Source: Eledone cirrhosa
Taxonomy: Eukaryota
Length of the DNA: 64,000 bases
Reading direction: 5' to 3'
NCBI GenBank assembly: GCA_964016885.1
Contig: OZ024741.1
Coordinates: 332,754,001-332,818,000, forward strand
Under the pieces are notes generated by a model. It did no database searches, was not told where the DNA came from, and was given only the letters and a program-made list of their open reading frames with translations. This document shows, piece after piece, positions 53,018 through 64,000 of this stretch. A program made the position numbers and the translations under genes. Within the stretch, counting starts at the first letter, position 1, and each line of letters starts with the position of its first letter.

Positions 53018-53964
53018 TGAATGCTACAGGCCTTACATGTGTGTGCCATTGCAGTCTTCTCTCTTGCATATGATATATCATTCTTCTTATATCTAGTTCA
53101 TTTCTCAACTTATCTGTGCCCCGTTGTTCACACCATGCTAACACTGCACATCCAGTGGATTAGGCACAATTCATATTTTTCTAACTTTTACATATATGTA
53201 TTCAATGATTATTTTTCACTTCCATGTAACAAGCACCACACAATCTACCCTTTGCTTGGAAAGAGAGTGAATCCCTTTGTTTGTACCAGAGGTAATAGCT
53301 TCTTGAACATTTTTGATCTGGTTCTTATTCTGTCTACTATATATATATATGTTGTGGTATATGTGTGGTCACTGCCTTTAGTCGTTTTTCTTGGTGTCAC
53401 ACTTTTTAACTGTTGTGTTTACTCTGGAGTCATATATTAACTTACTGTTCTATTGAGTGCTTTGTGATTGCCTCAAACAACTCGATTAGTACCTGCTACA
53501 TGGCAGCTACAACTTCGATTCATACCTAATATAATATGATATTATATATATCAATCATCATCATCACCGTTTAACATCCATTTTCCATGCTAGCATGGGT
53601 TAAACGAGTTGTCCTGTTGTGAGAAATGCCATGTCAGGGGACCATGCCTTGCTCACTTAGAACTGTTTTTGGTCTGGTTTCTACAACTGGATGCCCTTCC
53701 TAATGCCTTTGGATTTGCTTATCATGTATATTCAGATGTTGCTTTAATCCACAACTTGATTTGCAAATTTTTGGACAAACATGGCACTGGAACTGATTCT
53801 TTTCAATGAAGTTTGAATAGTCACCTTGGACTTTATCCTTATGTGTTCGTTAGTGTGACTTCAAGCTAGCATTTAAAAGGCACACCTTAGGGCACACAGG
53901 GTATTTAAAAACCAACACTTGATAAGATTCATCATTATTACTGTTGGTCTCGCATGTTTTACCC

Positions 53965-54570
53965 TCTCTATTTAAAATGCTTTAACTCCATTCGAAATGA
54001 CAAGATTTTTGTAGGATATGTTAAGGTATTTTAAGTTCACTTTTAGAGAGTCTCTGTATATCCTCCTTGGCTTACTATTTAAAGTTTTGCATATCTTGGG
54101 GATGCATCCATCACCCATATGAATTATGTGACCTGTCGATCGTAACTGATTCCTAATAAACATAGCTTGAGTAGATGTATCTTTTGCCCTAACAAGAATC
54201 TCAGTGTCTGGTGAAACTGCTCTCCAGCATGTTAACATGCCGTGTGTACAACGTTCATGTCTCAGATGAATACAATAGTACAGAAAGTACAAATGAAATG
54301 TATAAAGCAATCTTAGTCTCCAAGTCAATGTACCGTTGTGACCAGACTTCAGTTTATAGTCCACCAAAGGCTTTTGCTGCTTTTTGTATATGAGATGTGA
54401 TTTCAGTATCCAATTTGCCATCAGCTTGGGTCCTATTGCCAAGGTATTCAAAGGGGGTCACAATCCTTAGCACTGTGCCTTTAATGAGGATTCGAGGTGC
54501 AGTTGTCTGCTCCCCAGGTGCAGGTTAATGCATTACAACAGTCTTTTTCAAATTAATTTTAAGACAAATA
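53965..54570 (-). mobile_element. Old RTE-BovB-like LINE 3' fragment (third RTE family)
   Basis: EILVRAKDTSTQAMFIRNQLRSTGHIIHMGDGCIPK resembles the RTE 'QLRWAGHVxRM..RIPK' region. Confidence 0.7.
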
Positions 54571-54947
54571 CCACAATTCTGCCAATCCACTACCCTCTTA
54601 TTAATTAATTATATTTCTTCTGTTCTTTTACTGGTTTTAGTTATTAGACTGGTACTTTGCTGGAGGACTGACCTGGATGGTTTAGTTGATCGTATTAGCC
54701 ACAGTACTTATTTTGAAGTCTGGTACTCATTTTTTGATTATCAGATATTAAGATCCTTTATCTTACTGCCCATTCAATGGAATTTCAAACAGTCCCTGTC
54801 TACCCAATTCCCTCATTGGTCTAACTGAGGCTATGATAAATGACTCTTGTCCAATATATTATGCAGTGGAATTGAATCCTGGACCTTATGATTGCATAAC
54901 AACTTCTTAACCATTCAACTATGTTGAAATATTTCGTTTATATGTAT

Positions 54948-55296
54948 GTTAGCTGCCGAGACACTGCATCCTTTAAGACACTCATGCTTCCCGAAATACG
55001 CCAAAACTACACCTGATGTACCCCTTCCATACACATGCACACATGTGTGTATCATGACTTGTGCACTGTTCATTTTACTGATGTTTGTGCATTGCCCTAT
55101 GTACTGTACATGCACTTTTTTGATGAGTTGTGGTGCACCTGGGCACTGTACACAATATTTCATTATTGTTATTGTTATTATATCATGACTCATACACTGT
55201 TCATTTTCCTGACATTTGTACATTACATTATTCTATGTACTATACATGCACCTTTGATGAGTTGTAGTGCACCTGAGCACTGTACACAATAATTTC

Positions 55297-55322
<26 letters not shown>
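54948..55322 (+). mobile_element. CR1 3' end with tandemly duplicated 3' UTR
   Basis: Matches 5468-5700; the terminal segment of about 150 bp is repeated; (ATT)n tail. Confidence 0.8.
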
Positions 55323-55329
<7 letters not shown>

Positions 55330-55366
55330 TATAAAAATAAATAAATATATATATATATATATATAA

Positions 55367-55397
<31 letters not shown>

Positions 55398-56939
55398 CAT
55401 GCATGGAGAATAATTTGAACGAGTGTCTTTTAATTTAGTCATTACATCAATACTGAAGTACTGCAACAACTCACACACATATACACACACACTCTCTCCT
55501 TCTCTCCCCTCTAAACACTCTTATATCTATATAAATAATTCTGTATACACATACTTACATCACTGACACATAAGAAGTAGTGAAACCTCCTTCTTCATTA
55601 ACAGACATGCATATTATAACATCATCACACACACACACATTGCACCACACAGATATACACATACACAGATGCACAAATATACATCAAACACTCAAGTACA
55701 CTCACAAGTACACAAGCACACATATCTACAATCAAGCCCACAAACACATACCCAAGCACATAAAGCACATACTTATACAACACACATATACACAGGCACA
55801 TATGCAAGTACAGACACACACACTCACACAAAAGCCCACATACAGCACATACACATCAATACACAAACACACTGGCAAATACACAAGTACACATACACAC
55901 ACTCACACACAAGTCCACAAACACATACAATGAATGCACATACACATCAACACACAAACACACAAGTATACATAAAACACACAAGTACACTCACACAGGC
56001 ACACACACACACAGGCACACATACATACACACACACACACACACAAGTACACTCCCATGTACACACTCTCACAAGCAGCCACACTCATACACAAGCCCAT
56101 CTATATCACACTCATACACAAGTCCACATACATCACCTTCACATTAACACATAAACACACAAGTATATTCACAAGCACACACTCACACATACACTCATAC
56201 ACACACACACACACGCAAGCCCACATACATCACCTACACATCTACATATATATTCACAAACACACACACTCATACACACACACACACACACACACACAAG
56301 CCCACTCATACACAAGCCCACATACATCACCTACACATCAACACAAACACACACGCATAGACACACACACACACATGCACAAGTCCACTCACACACACTC
56401 ACTCGCTCACACACACACACACTCAAACAGAACCTACACCCACATACATCATCTACACCCACATAAAGACAAATCATTATAAATCACAAATCAATAACAT
56501 ACAGTCTCGGCACCCGCAAGATTTAATTAGCTGATCTTGGGGAATATCAATTGTTAAATTTACCAAACAACTAGATGATATTCCTCAGCAGATGTCCAAT
56601 TACTGACTAACGACAATTCCAGCCAATTATTTACTGAGGACATATCTAATTAAGACCAGCTCTGAAATTTCGGTTGTTCTCTCTTGAAGAACCCACCATT
56701 TGAAGTGGCAAATGGAATTTAGGATATTACTCAAGAATTTCTACAGAAATTTATTATGGGTGTATGTTTGTATGATTGGAACAATGGTTTTTGTTCCAAT
56801 TTAAAAGGGGATTTATAAGCAAACTAAACTCCAAACTACAAACTCAATCCCTACAATAAACTGATAGTATGTATTATAGAGAAATTATGGCATATAATAT
56901 GGGGTATGTGATCCTATCAATCTGTTGCTGTTCTTTCTC

Positions 56940-56970
<31 letters not shown>

Positions 56971-57270
56971 TATCATTATCATCATCATCGTTTTTATGTC
57001 AGCTTTTCTATGTTTGAATGGGTTGGACAGGTCCTTCTCAGCACAACATCTCTCCACTAGTCACACTCTTCATCATCTTCTCTGCCAGTCTTAACAATTT
57101 GGTCGTCCTCTACTGTGGCTTCCTACTACTTGGATTTCTTGGTTTTTATTCACCCATCGGTCATTGTCCATGTGCATCACATGTACAAACAAATGCAGTC
57201 TTCTCTCCTGCACACAACCTCGGATTGCTCTTAAACCCAACTTTCCCCTCAGCTCATCCAAGCTCTGCCT
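56940..57270 (-). mobile_element. Decayed RTE 3' fragment
   Basis: (CAT)n tail and similarity to the family A 3' end ('cagcacaacatctctccactagtcac', 'catcacatgt'). Confidence 0.6.
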
Positions 57271-57461
57271 GAGGGAATCTGGGTCCTATCTTCTTTCTTA
57301 CTTGCTAGTATTTTAGTTTTGGCTAAGTTTACTCTCAGACATTTTGTTTCCAAATTCAGTTTCCATAATCACAATTTACTTTTTAGTTCTTTTTGACCAA
57401 ATCATCTGCATAGAGAAGTTCCCATGGACAGCCCATTATATATATATATATATATATATAT

Positions 57462-59841
57462 AGGAAAGAAAGTTCAAGCATGTTCTACAACGCGAGGACC
57501 AAAAATGTGAGGTGTTCAGGATTGCTAGGCAATGTGTCAAGGAAAACCGTGATATTGTCGGGGAGAAGTGTGTACTTAACGATGATGGCGTACTTGCCAT
57601 CACTGACGCTGATAAGAAGGTAGCTTGGAAGTGTCACTATGAAAGGCTACTAAATGAGGAGAATAAATGGGAGAAAGACAGTCTCCCCCACATCGACCCA
57701 ATAGAGGGACCAGCAGTGTTAGTCGAAGGTAGTATAATAAGTAAGGCAATCAAAGATATGAGGACGGGTAAGGCGGCTGGGCCTTCGGAAATAGTTGCTG
57801 AGATGCTGAAAGCCTCTGGAACGGTGGGACACACCATGGTCACCCGGATAGTAAACCAAGTCATACAGAATGGGGTTGTTCCGAAGGATGGCGTAGCAGC
57901 ATCATCGTTAACTGTTACAAGGGTAAAGGAGACGCCCTAGATAGGAGTAACTATAGAGGCATTAAATTAATCGACCAGGTCATGAAGGTCACGGAAAAAG
58001 TAATAGCGCAACTAATCAGAGAGAGAATTGATCTAGATGAAATGCAGTTCGGGTTTGTGTCAGGCAAAAGTACCACAGACGCTCTCTTCATTGTACGACA
58101 ACTACAGGAGAAGTACCTAGCTAAAAGTAAACCCCTATATTTAGCTTTTGTCGACTTGGAGAAAGACTTCGACAGAGTCCCCCGTTCCATTATCTGGTGG
58201 GCTCTTAGAAAACTAGGTGTTGACGAATGGCTTGTGAGAGCTATACAAGCCATGTATAAAGAAACAGTCAGCAAGGTTAGAATTAACAACGAATATAGTG
58301 AAGAGTTTAGCGTAAAAGTTGGCGTCCATCAGGGCTCTGTTCTTAGCCCCCTACTATTTATTATTGCCCTTCAGGCTATAACAGTGGAGTTCAAGACCGG
58401 CTGTCCATGGGAACTCCTATACGCAGATGATCTAACGCTCATAGCTGAATCAATGGCCGAGCTAGAGAAGAAATTCCAAACATGGAAGCACGGCCTAGAA
58501 TCAAAAGGCCTTAAAATTAACCTGGCTAAGACTAAAGTTCTAGTTTGTAGGAAAGAAAATAAGGTGCCGGTCCCTTCCGGGAAATGGCCATGCTCAGTGT
58601 GTAGGAAAGGCGTAGGTAGAAACTCCATTTTATGTCCAAAATGCAAAGTATGGGTGCATAAAAGATGTAGTGGGATCACAGGTAAGCTAACTAAGAACAT
58701 AGATTTTACATGTGGCCGGTGCTCTGGTGCAATAAGTAGCAGCAAGTGCCCACAATTACTAGCTATTTCAATTGCGCAGAGGGTTCTATAGAAATAGTGG
58801 ACAGCTTCCGTTACCTGGGTGAGAAAATCAGCAGTGGGGGAGGGTGCTCTGAAAGTACAATAGCTAGAGTCAGAACTGGATGGAAAAAGTTCAGAGAGCT
58901 TATACCACTATTAGCCGCTAAAGGGTTCTCCCTAAAAATGAAAGGCAGGTTGTATGATGCTGTATACGGACAGCAATGTTGCATGACAGTGAGACCTGGG
59001 CATTGTGTGCAGAGGATATACGCAGACTAGAGAGGAACGAAGCTTGCATGCTCCGCTGGATGTGTAATAGTAATATACGTGAACGGCAAAGCATAAACGA
59101 ACTAAGGAAAACATTAGAAATAAGAGGGATCAGATGTTGTTTACTCGAGAGAAGGCTACGTTGGTATGGTCACGTGATGCGCATGAAAGACGACAGCTGT
59201 ATAACAAAGTGCAGGGCAATAAAGATAGACGGTAGCCACGGAGTAGGCAGACCCAGAAAAACATGGGACGAGCTGATAAATTCCGACCTCACACACTTAC
59301 ACCTCTCCAAGACAATGTCACTGGACCGAGACCTTTGGCGGTACTCAGTAATAGAGAAGACCCGCCTTACCTAAATACAAAGTAAAAACCTACTACAGTC
59401 AGTAGGCATCTCTAACAAAACACACCCCATCCACACCACCCCTTTCAATGTAAAGTTATGTTGGTGCCACAACATCCAGGCCAAAACAAATGAGATCGTG
59501 TAGGTGTCACGACAAAAAAAAAAACACACAGTCCACGCTGTAATGTGGCCGTGTAGGCAACACAGTAAAAACCTCCCAGTCCCACACTGTAAACGTGGTT
59601 GGTGTTAGGAAGGGCATCCAGCTGTAGAAAACCCGCCAGAGAGTCCACGCTGTATTGTGGCCGTGTAGGCAACACGGTAAAAACCTCCCAGCCCCACACT
59701 GTAAATGTGGTTGGTGTTAGGAAGGGCATCCAGCTGTAGAAAACCCGCCAGACAGTCATATGCGAGTAAGACAACCACTCTTGCCTCAAGTGGGAAAACT
59801 CCCGTCCAAATCCATGCAAGCGTGGAACATGGACGTTAAAC

Positions 59842-59874
<33 letters not shown>

Positions 59875-59875
59875 A
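57462..59875 (+). mobile_element. RTE family B copy, 5'-truncated, complete 3' UTR
   Basis: RT motifs QFGFVSGKSTTD, GVHQGSVLSPLLF, WELLYADD; PHD-like insert; 3' UTR with an internal duplication of about 110 bp; (GAT)n tail. Confidence 0.95.
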
Positions 59876-59914
59876 TATATAGTAATAATATTAAATTTGA
59901 AGACTGTTATTTTA

Positions 59915-59954
<40 letters not shown>

Positions 59955-61049
59955 TGTATATTTATTAATGGATCTTCTGAAACTAACAAAGTCAATCTGT
60001 GAACACAGAAGTGAATATTTCAAAATACGTTGCAACCGGAGGAAGACAGGAAGACGATACTTTGGTTCGTGGAAACGTGCCCTGGCAAAGAACGGGAAAA
60101 AACGAATATAATACGTCATTATTTGGAGCGGTGAAAAACAATTACACGCAAAGACAAAACCACGTTTATGGTATAAAAGAAGTCGTAGACGAATATTCTC
60201 TTAGGTGGTTCATAGAGACGTTCTCTGGCAATGAACGGAAAAAACGAAGATTTTACGTCATATGTGGAGCGTGGAGAACAATTGCACGCAAAGACAAAAC
60301 CACGTAAATGGTATAACTGAAGTCGTAGACTGAAATTCTAACTAGGAAACCGAATGATTCTTGGCTTCAGAGTTAAGAATAAAGTAAATAAAATAGAGGT
60401 AAAAGAAATTAAATAAATACATACACGCATCCATATACGTACATACACAAGCATACGCGAAAACACTCGCCATAGGTATACAAATACACGCACGTACAAC
60501 CCCCCCCACCCCACCCAAAAAAGCCCCGCACGCACATACAGAACTCACGCAACGCCTGTACCCGCACGCATACGAATGTAAACCAAATACACATAAAAAA
60601 ATATATATAAAAAAAATATATATATATATATGTGTGTGTGCGTGTATACATATAATTAAATAAACGTATATAAATAAATTAATACGTATATAACAAGCGC
60701 ACACACATACCTACATGTAAATACACATATGTTCGGAGACGCACGTCAACCAAAACACAAAGTACACATATACACATACCCTACATACTTACGAACAGAC
60801 GCAAAACTCACGTATACACATAACCAAAAGCATATGTACCAGAATATATAATATATACGCCATAACATATACAATCAAATATACGTACGAGAAAGTATAC
60901 GTACGTTCACGAAACATACAGGTAATATATACTTACCTATACAAATAAGTAATGGTATAAACATAACATATACTTAGCTACCACATCAAGACGTAAAATA
61001 TCAGCGTATAGTTCGTACTATCCGTTAGGGTATAATGTGGGGCTGTAAT

Positions 61050-62222
61050 ACAGGAAAGTTTTGTGCAATTTATGTTCACAAGCCGAAATTGCTTCAAATT
61101 TTTGTTTAAGATGTGGTCTTTGGCGTAGAGTATTTCCAGGGCCTCAGCGGCTCAGAGGTCACATGGTCATTTATTTCCTTTATACCATCTAGCCCTAGCT
61201 AGGATCTCCCAGTGTAACTTATATTGGGTGTGGTTGTCTTTTAGACTCCAGATATAAGCTGAAAGTGACGTCATATTCCTTCTTAAAGGGTAACGAAAAG
61301 AATGTAAAGACGCTGCTTGAATCTATTGGCGGTTAACCTTATGTAGGCCCTACGGGACGTGGGTGTTTCCACCTTACATTTGTAGACAATATTACTAGAG
61401 AGGCATTTCCCGGATAGGGGGCAGTCAACCCGATTCCTACAATTACAGTTAGTACTAACTACAGGGTTGCACGTGTACCTACGGCTAGGTAGTTTAGCTA
61501 AATTTGAAGCTGTGATGTTATGTGCAAGGTTAGGAGTCGCAGAGTAAAAAATTTTAATAGTATTTCTATTAAAAATTTTACTATATTTATGTGTAGGGGG
61601 AAAATGCTTCATAATAAGGGAGAAAAAGATCTTAGCTAATGGTGTGGCCACCTCCATATTATATGGTGGGTTATGCCATATAATGCGTCGGATCTATTTC
61701 TTCTAGGTCTGTTCTCGTACTCTGTATATGCTACCTTATCGACAAATCCACTCCGAGCAAGAGCTTCATTGTAATATGTGGAATGGTCGTTGAAAATATG
61801 CTCGTTAGTAGATAGACAGGAAAGCCTCAAAGAAACGTTTCTTACCAGGTTCTTGGTTATGCTGGCAGAATGGTTAGAATGCTTACTTATGTAATTAAGC
61901 GTATCATTCGGCTTTCTATACGGGTAATGCAAGCCATTCAATAAATTGAGGGTAACGTCGAGGCAATTAACGACCGAGAGGTTTGTCTCAACCTGTATGG
62001 AGAGGTTGAAGCCTTTAAAGAAGGCTGTGAGTTCTTTTCTGAACCTGTCACAAGCACGTGGGCCGCACTTAGTCATGGTCAAAAGACCATCAACACGGTA
62101 CAAACCACCGCCCATGTTGGGGAATTCTTCCTTGATAGAGAAAAGAAGGAAAAGGCCGATAAGATCAGTAACCTCCGCAGAATCGCTGGCGCCCATACTC
62201 ACGTCGAATGGGATACTATTAG
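61050..62222 (-). mobile_element. Penelope-like element remnant (RT C-terminal half plus GIY-YIG endonuclease)
   Basis: VSMGASDSAEVTDLIGLFLL, GGLYRVDGL (YxDD), CLDVTLNL...YPYRKPN..NYISKHSNH, CNCRNRVDCPLSGKC, NIVYKCKV...AYIRLTANRFKQRLY; frameshifted. Confidence 0.9.
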
Positions 62223-62385
62223 ATATATATCTATATACATATGTATATATGTATATATGTATATATATATATACTTGTTTACCAGCAAATTGAATTGCCA
62301 CCTGTCATATAATATCCCCCCTCTTCTTCCTTTCTTACAACTAATATAAGTACTTCAATTTTTCTCATTTTTTCCAATTCATCCA

Positions 62386-62506
62386 ATATCTCTGAAGAAG
62401 TGACAACTGATTATACATTTGCTATCGAATACTTGCTAACATTATATGATTACGCAAGCAGCGATACATAGGTATTCCGTCTGTTACAGAAACATATGTC
62501 AATACC
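62386..62506 (+). ncRNA. Hammerhead motif with very long stem II insert and weak stem I
   Basis: CTGAAGA-A-GTGACA...TGTTAC-A-GAAA-CATATG-TC, then AATAAA at 62508. Stem III is palindromic; stem I is imperfect. Confidence 0.5.
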
Positions 62507-62547
62507 TAATAAATCCCTTTATAAAAGCACTTTCATTTTATATTCAT

Positions 62548-62590
<43 letters not shown>

Positions 62591-63080
62591 ATGTATATAT
62601 GTGTGTGTCCGCATGTATCTGTGTGTTTCTAAATATATTGTTAATAACTCCCTCTGGTCGAGCAACCTTTGAAGTGTGGGGACGGCTGGAAGGCTTCCAT
62701 TACTCATACTTCTCGCCTTCTTCACCACCTCTTCTACGGCCTCGATATAAATACCCCCTCAACCGCCGTGGTATGTTCTTCGGGGTTATAAGAGGCTTAG
62801 CTCTGTTTCCCGACCGTTATATCGCGTGACTATCTCCCCCTCCGCCTTTTGGGATTCTTTCTCACGTCGTGTAGACGCGTTCTTGAGACTAGTAAAATGA
62901 GGTATCCTCTTGATAAGTCGGCAGACCTCGCAAGGACTCTATATCTTTATGATATATTGTTTTTGTTTATGCCACGAAACTACGTAGTCGAGGAATTTAG
63001 GAGCAGTTTAGGTATGATACATTTTATTACTAATTATATCTAAATGTTTCTTCTCTCTTCATTATATATATATATATATG

Positions 63081-63132
<52 letters not shown>

Positions 63133-63277
63133 GAAGGCGCATGGCTTAGTGGTTAAAGCATTGGGCTTGTAATCAAAAGGTTGTGAATTCAATTCTTGGA
63201 CCGGGTGATGTGTTGTTTCCTTGAGCAAGACACTTTATTTCACGTTGCTCCAGTTTACTCAGCTGTAGAAATGAGTA
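63133..63277 (+). mobile_element. CORE-like tRNA SINE 5' half
   Basis: GGCGCATGGCTTAGTGG...TTCAATTC...CCTTGAGCAAGACACTTTATTTCAC; matches 3953-4093. Confidence 0.8.
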
Positions 63278-63285
63278 CCGGTATA

Positions 63286-64000
63286 TCATCAGCATCATCA
63301 TCATGGTTTAACGTCCATCTTCCACGCTAGCATGGGTTTGGACGGGAATTTTCCCACTTGAGGCAAGATTGGTTGTCTTGCTCGTATAGGACTGTCTGGC
63401 GGGTTTTCTACGGCTGGATGCCCTTCGTAACACCAACCACGTTTATAGTGTGGACTGAGAGGTTTTTACCGTGTTACCTACACGGCCACATTACAGCGTG
63501 GACTGTGTGTTTTTTTGTCGTGACACCTACACGACCTCATTTGTTTCGGACTAGATGTTGTGGTACCAACATAACTTTATATTGGAAGGAGTGGGGGTAG
63601 TGGGGTCGGGATGTATTTTTGTTAAGAGGTGCCAACTGACTGTAGGTTTCGCTTTGTATTTAGGCAAAGCGGGTCTTCTGTATTACTGCGTAGCACCAAA
63701 GATCTCGGTCCAGTGACATTTTCTTGGAGAGATGTAAGTGTGTAAGGTCGGAATTTATCAAGTCATCCCAGGTTTTTCTGGGTCTGCCTACTCCGTAGCT
63801 ACGGTCTATTTTTATCGCCCTGCACTTTTTTATACAGCTGTCATCTTTCATGCGCATCACGTGACCGTACCAACGTAGTCTTCTCTCGAGTAAACAGCAT
63901 CTGATCTCTCTTATTCCTAATTTCTCACTTAGTTCATTTATGCTTTGCCGTTCACGTATATTACTATTAAACATCTAACGGAGCATGCAAGCTTCGTTCC
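63286..64000 (-). mobile_element. RTE family B 3' portion (continues beyond window)
   Basis: NSNIRERQSINEL...LRWYGHVMRM...DRDLW; 3' UTR and (GAT)n-like tail. Confidence 0.93.

Noticed and set aside
57400-57434. Isolated antisense 'GCPWELLYADD' fragment that mirrors the segment deleted at about 48428
   Set aside because: Its nucleotide sequence resembles family A rather than family B, so it is likely a remnant of the adjacent old RTE copy and the match is coincidental.

Overview
Eukaryotic, AT-rich, repeat-dominated DNA with very dense (TA)n, (CA)n, (CAT)n and (GGT)n microsatellites. The repeat spectrum suggests a cephalopod such as Octopus (inference only). No intact host gene is evident, and most track ORFs are microsatellite artefacts or antisense shadows. 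Recognisable content: two families of decayed RTE-clade LINEs with a PHD-like Cys/His insert, CR1 and BovB-like LINE fragments, a truncated Ty3/Gypsy element with 5' LTR and PBS, a Penelope-like RT plus GIY-YIG remnant, two tRNA-derived SINE families, RTE-derived non-autonomous repeats, piggyBac-, mariner-, pogo- and hAT-type MITEs, a non-autonomous Helitron and several tandem arrays. The most striking signal is a set of short non-coding blocks bounded by (TA)n that carry type I minimal hammerhead ribozyme motifs (CUGANGA...GAAA-short stem III-UH with a pairing stem I). They belong to several unrelated sequence families and often sit in fold-back arrangements. I read about 8 well-formed and 5-6 degenerate cores by eye, consistent with a diverse population of Penelope-derived or retrozyme-like elements. 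All alignments and folds were done by eye, so boundaries are approximate.
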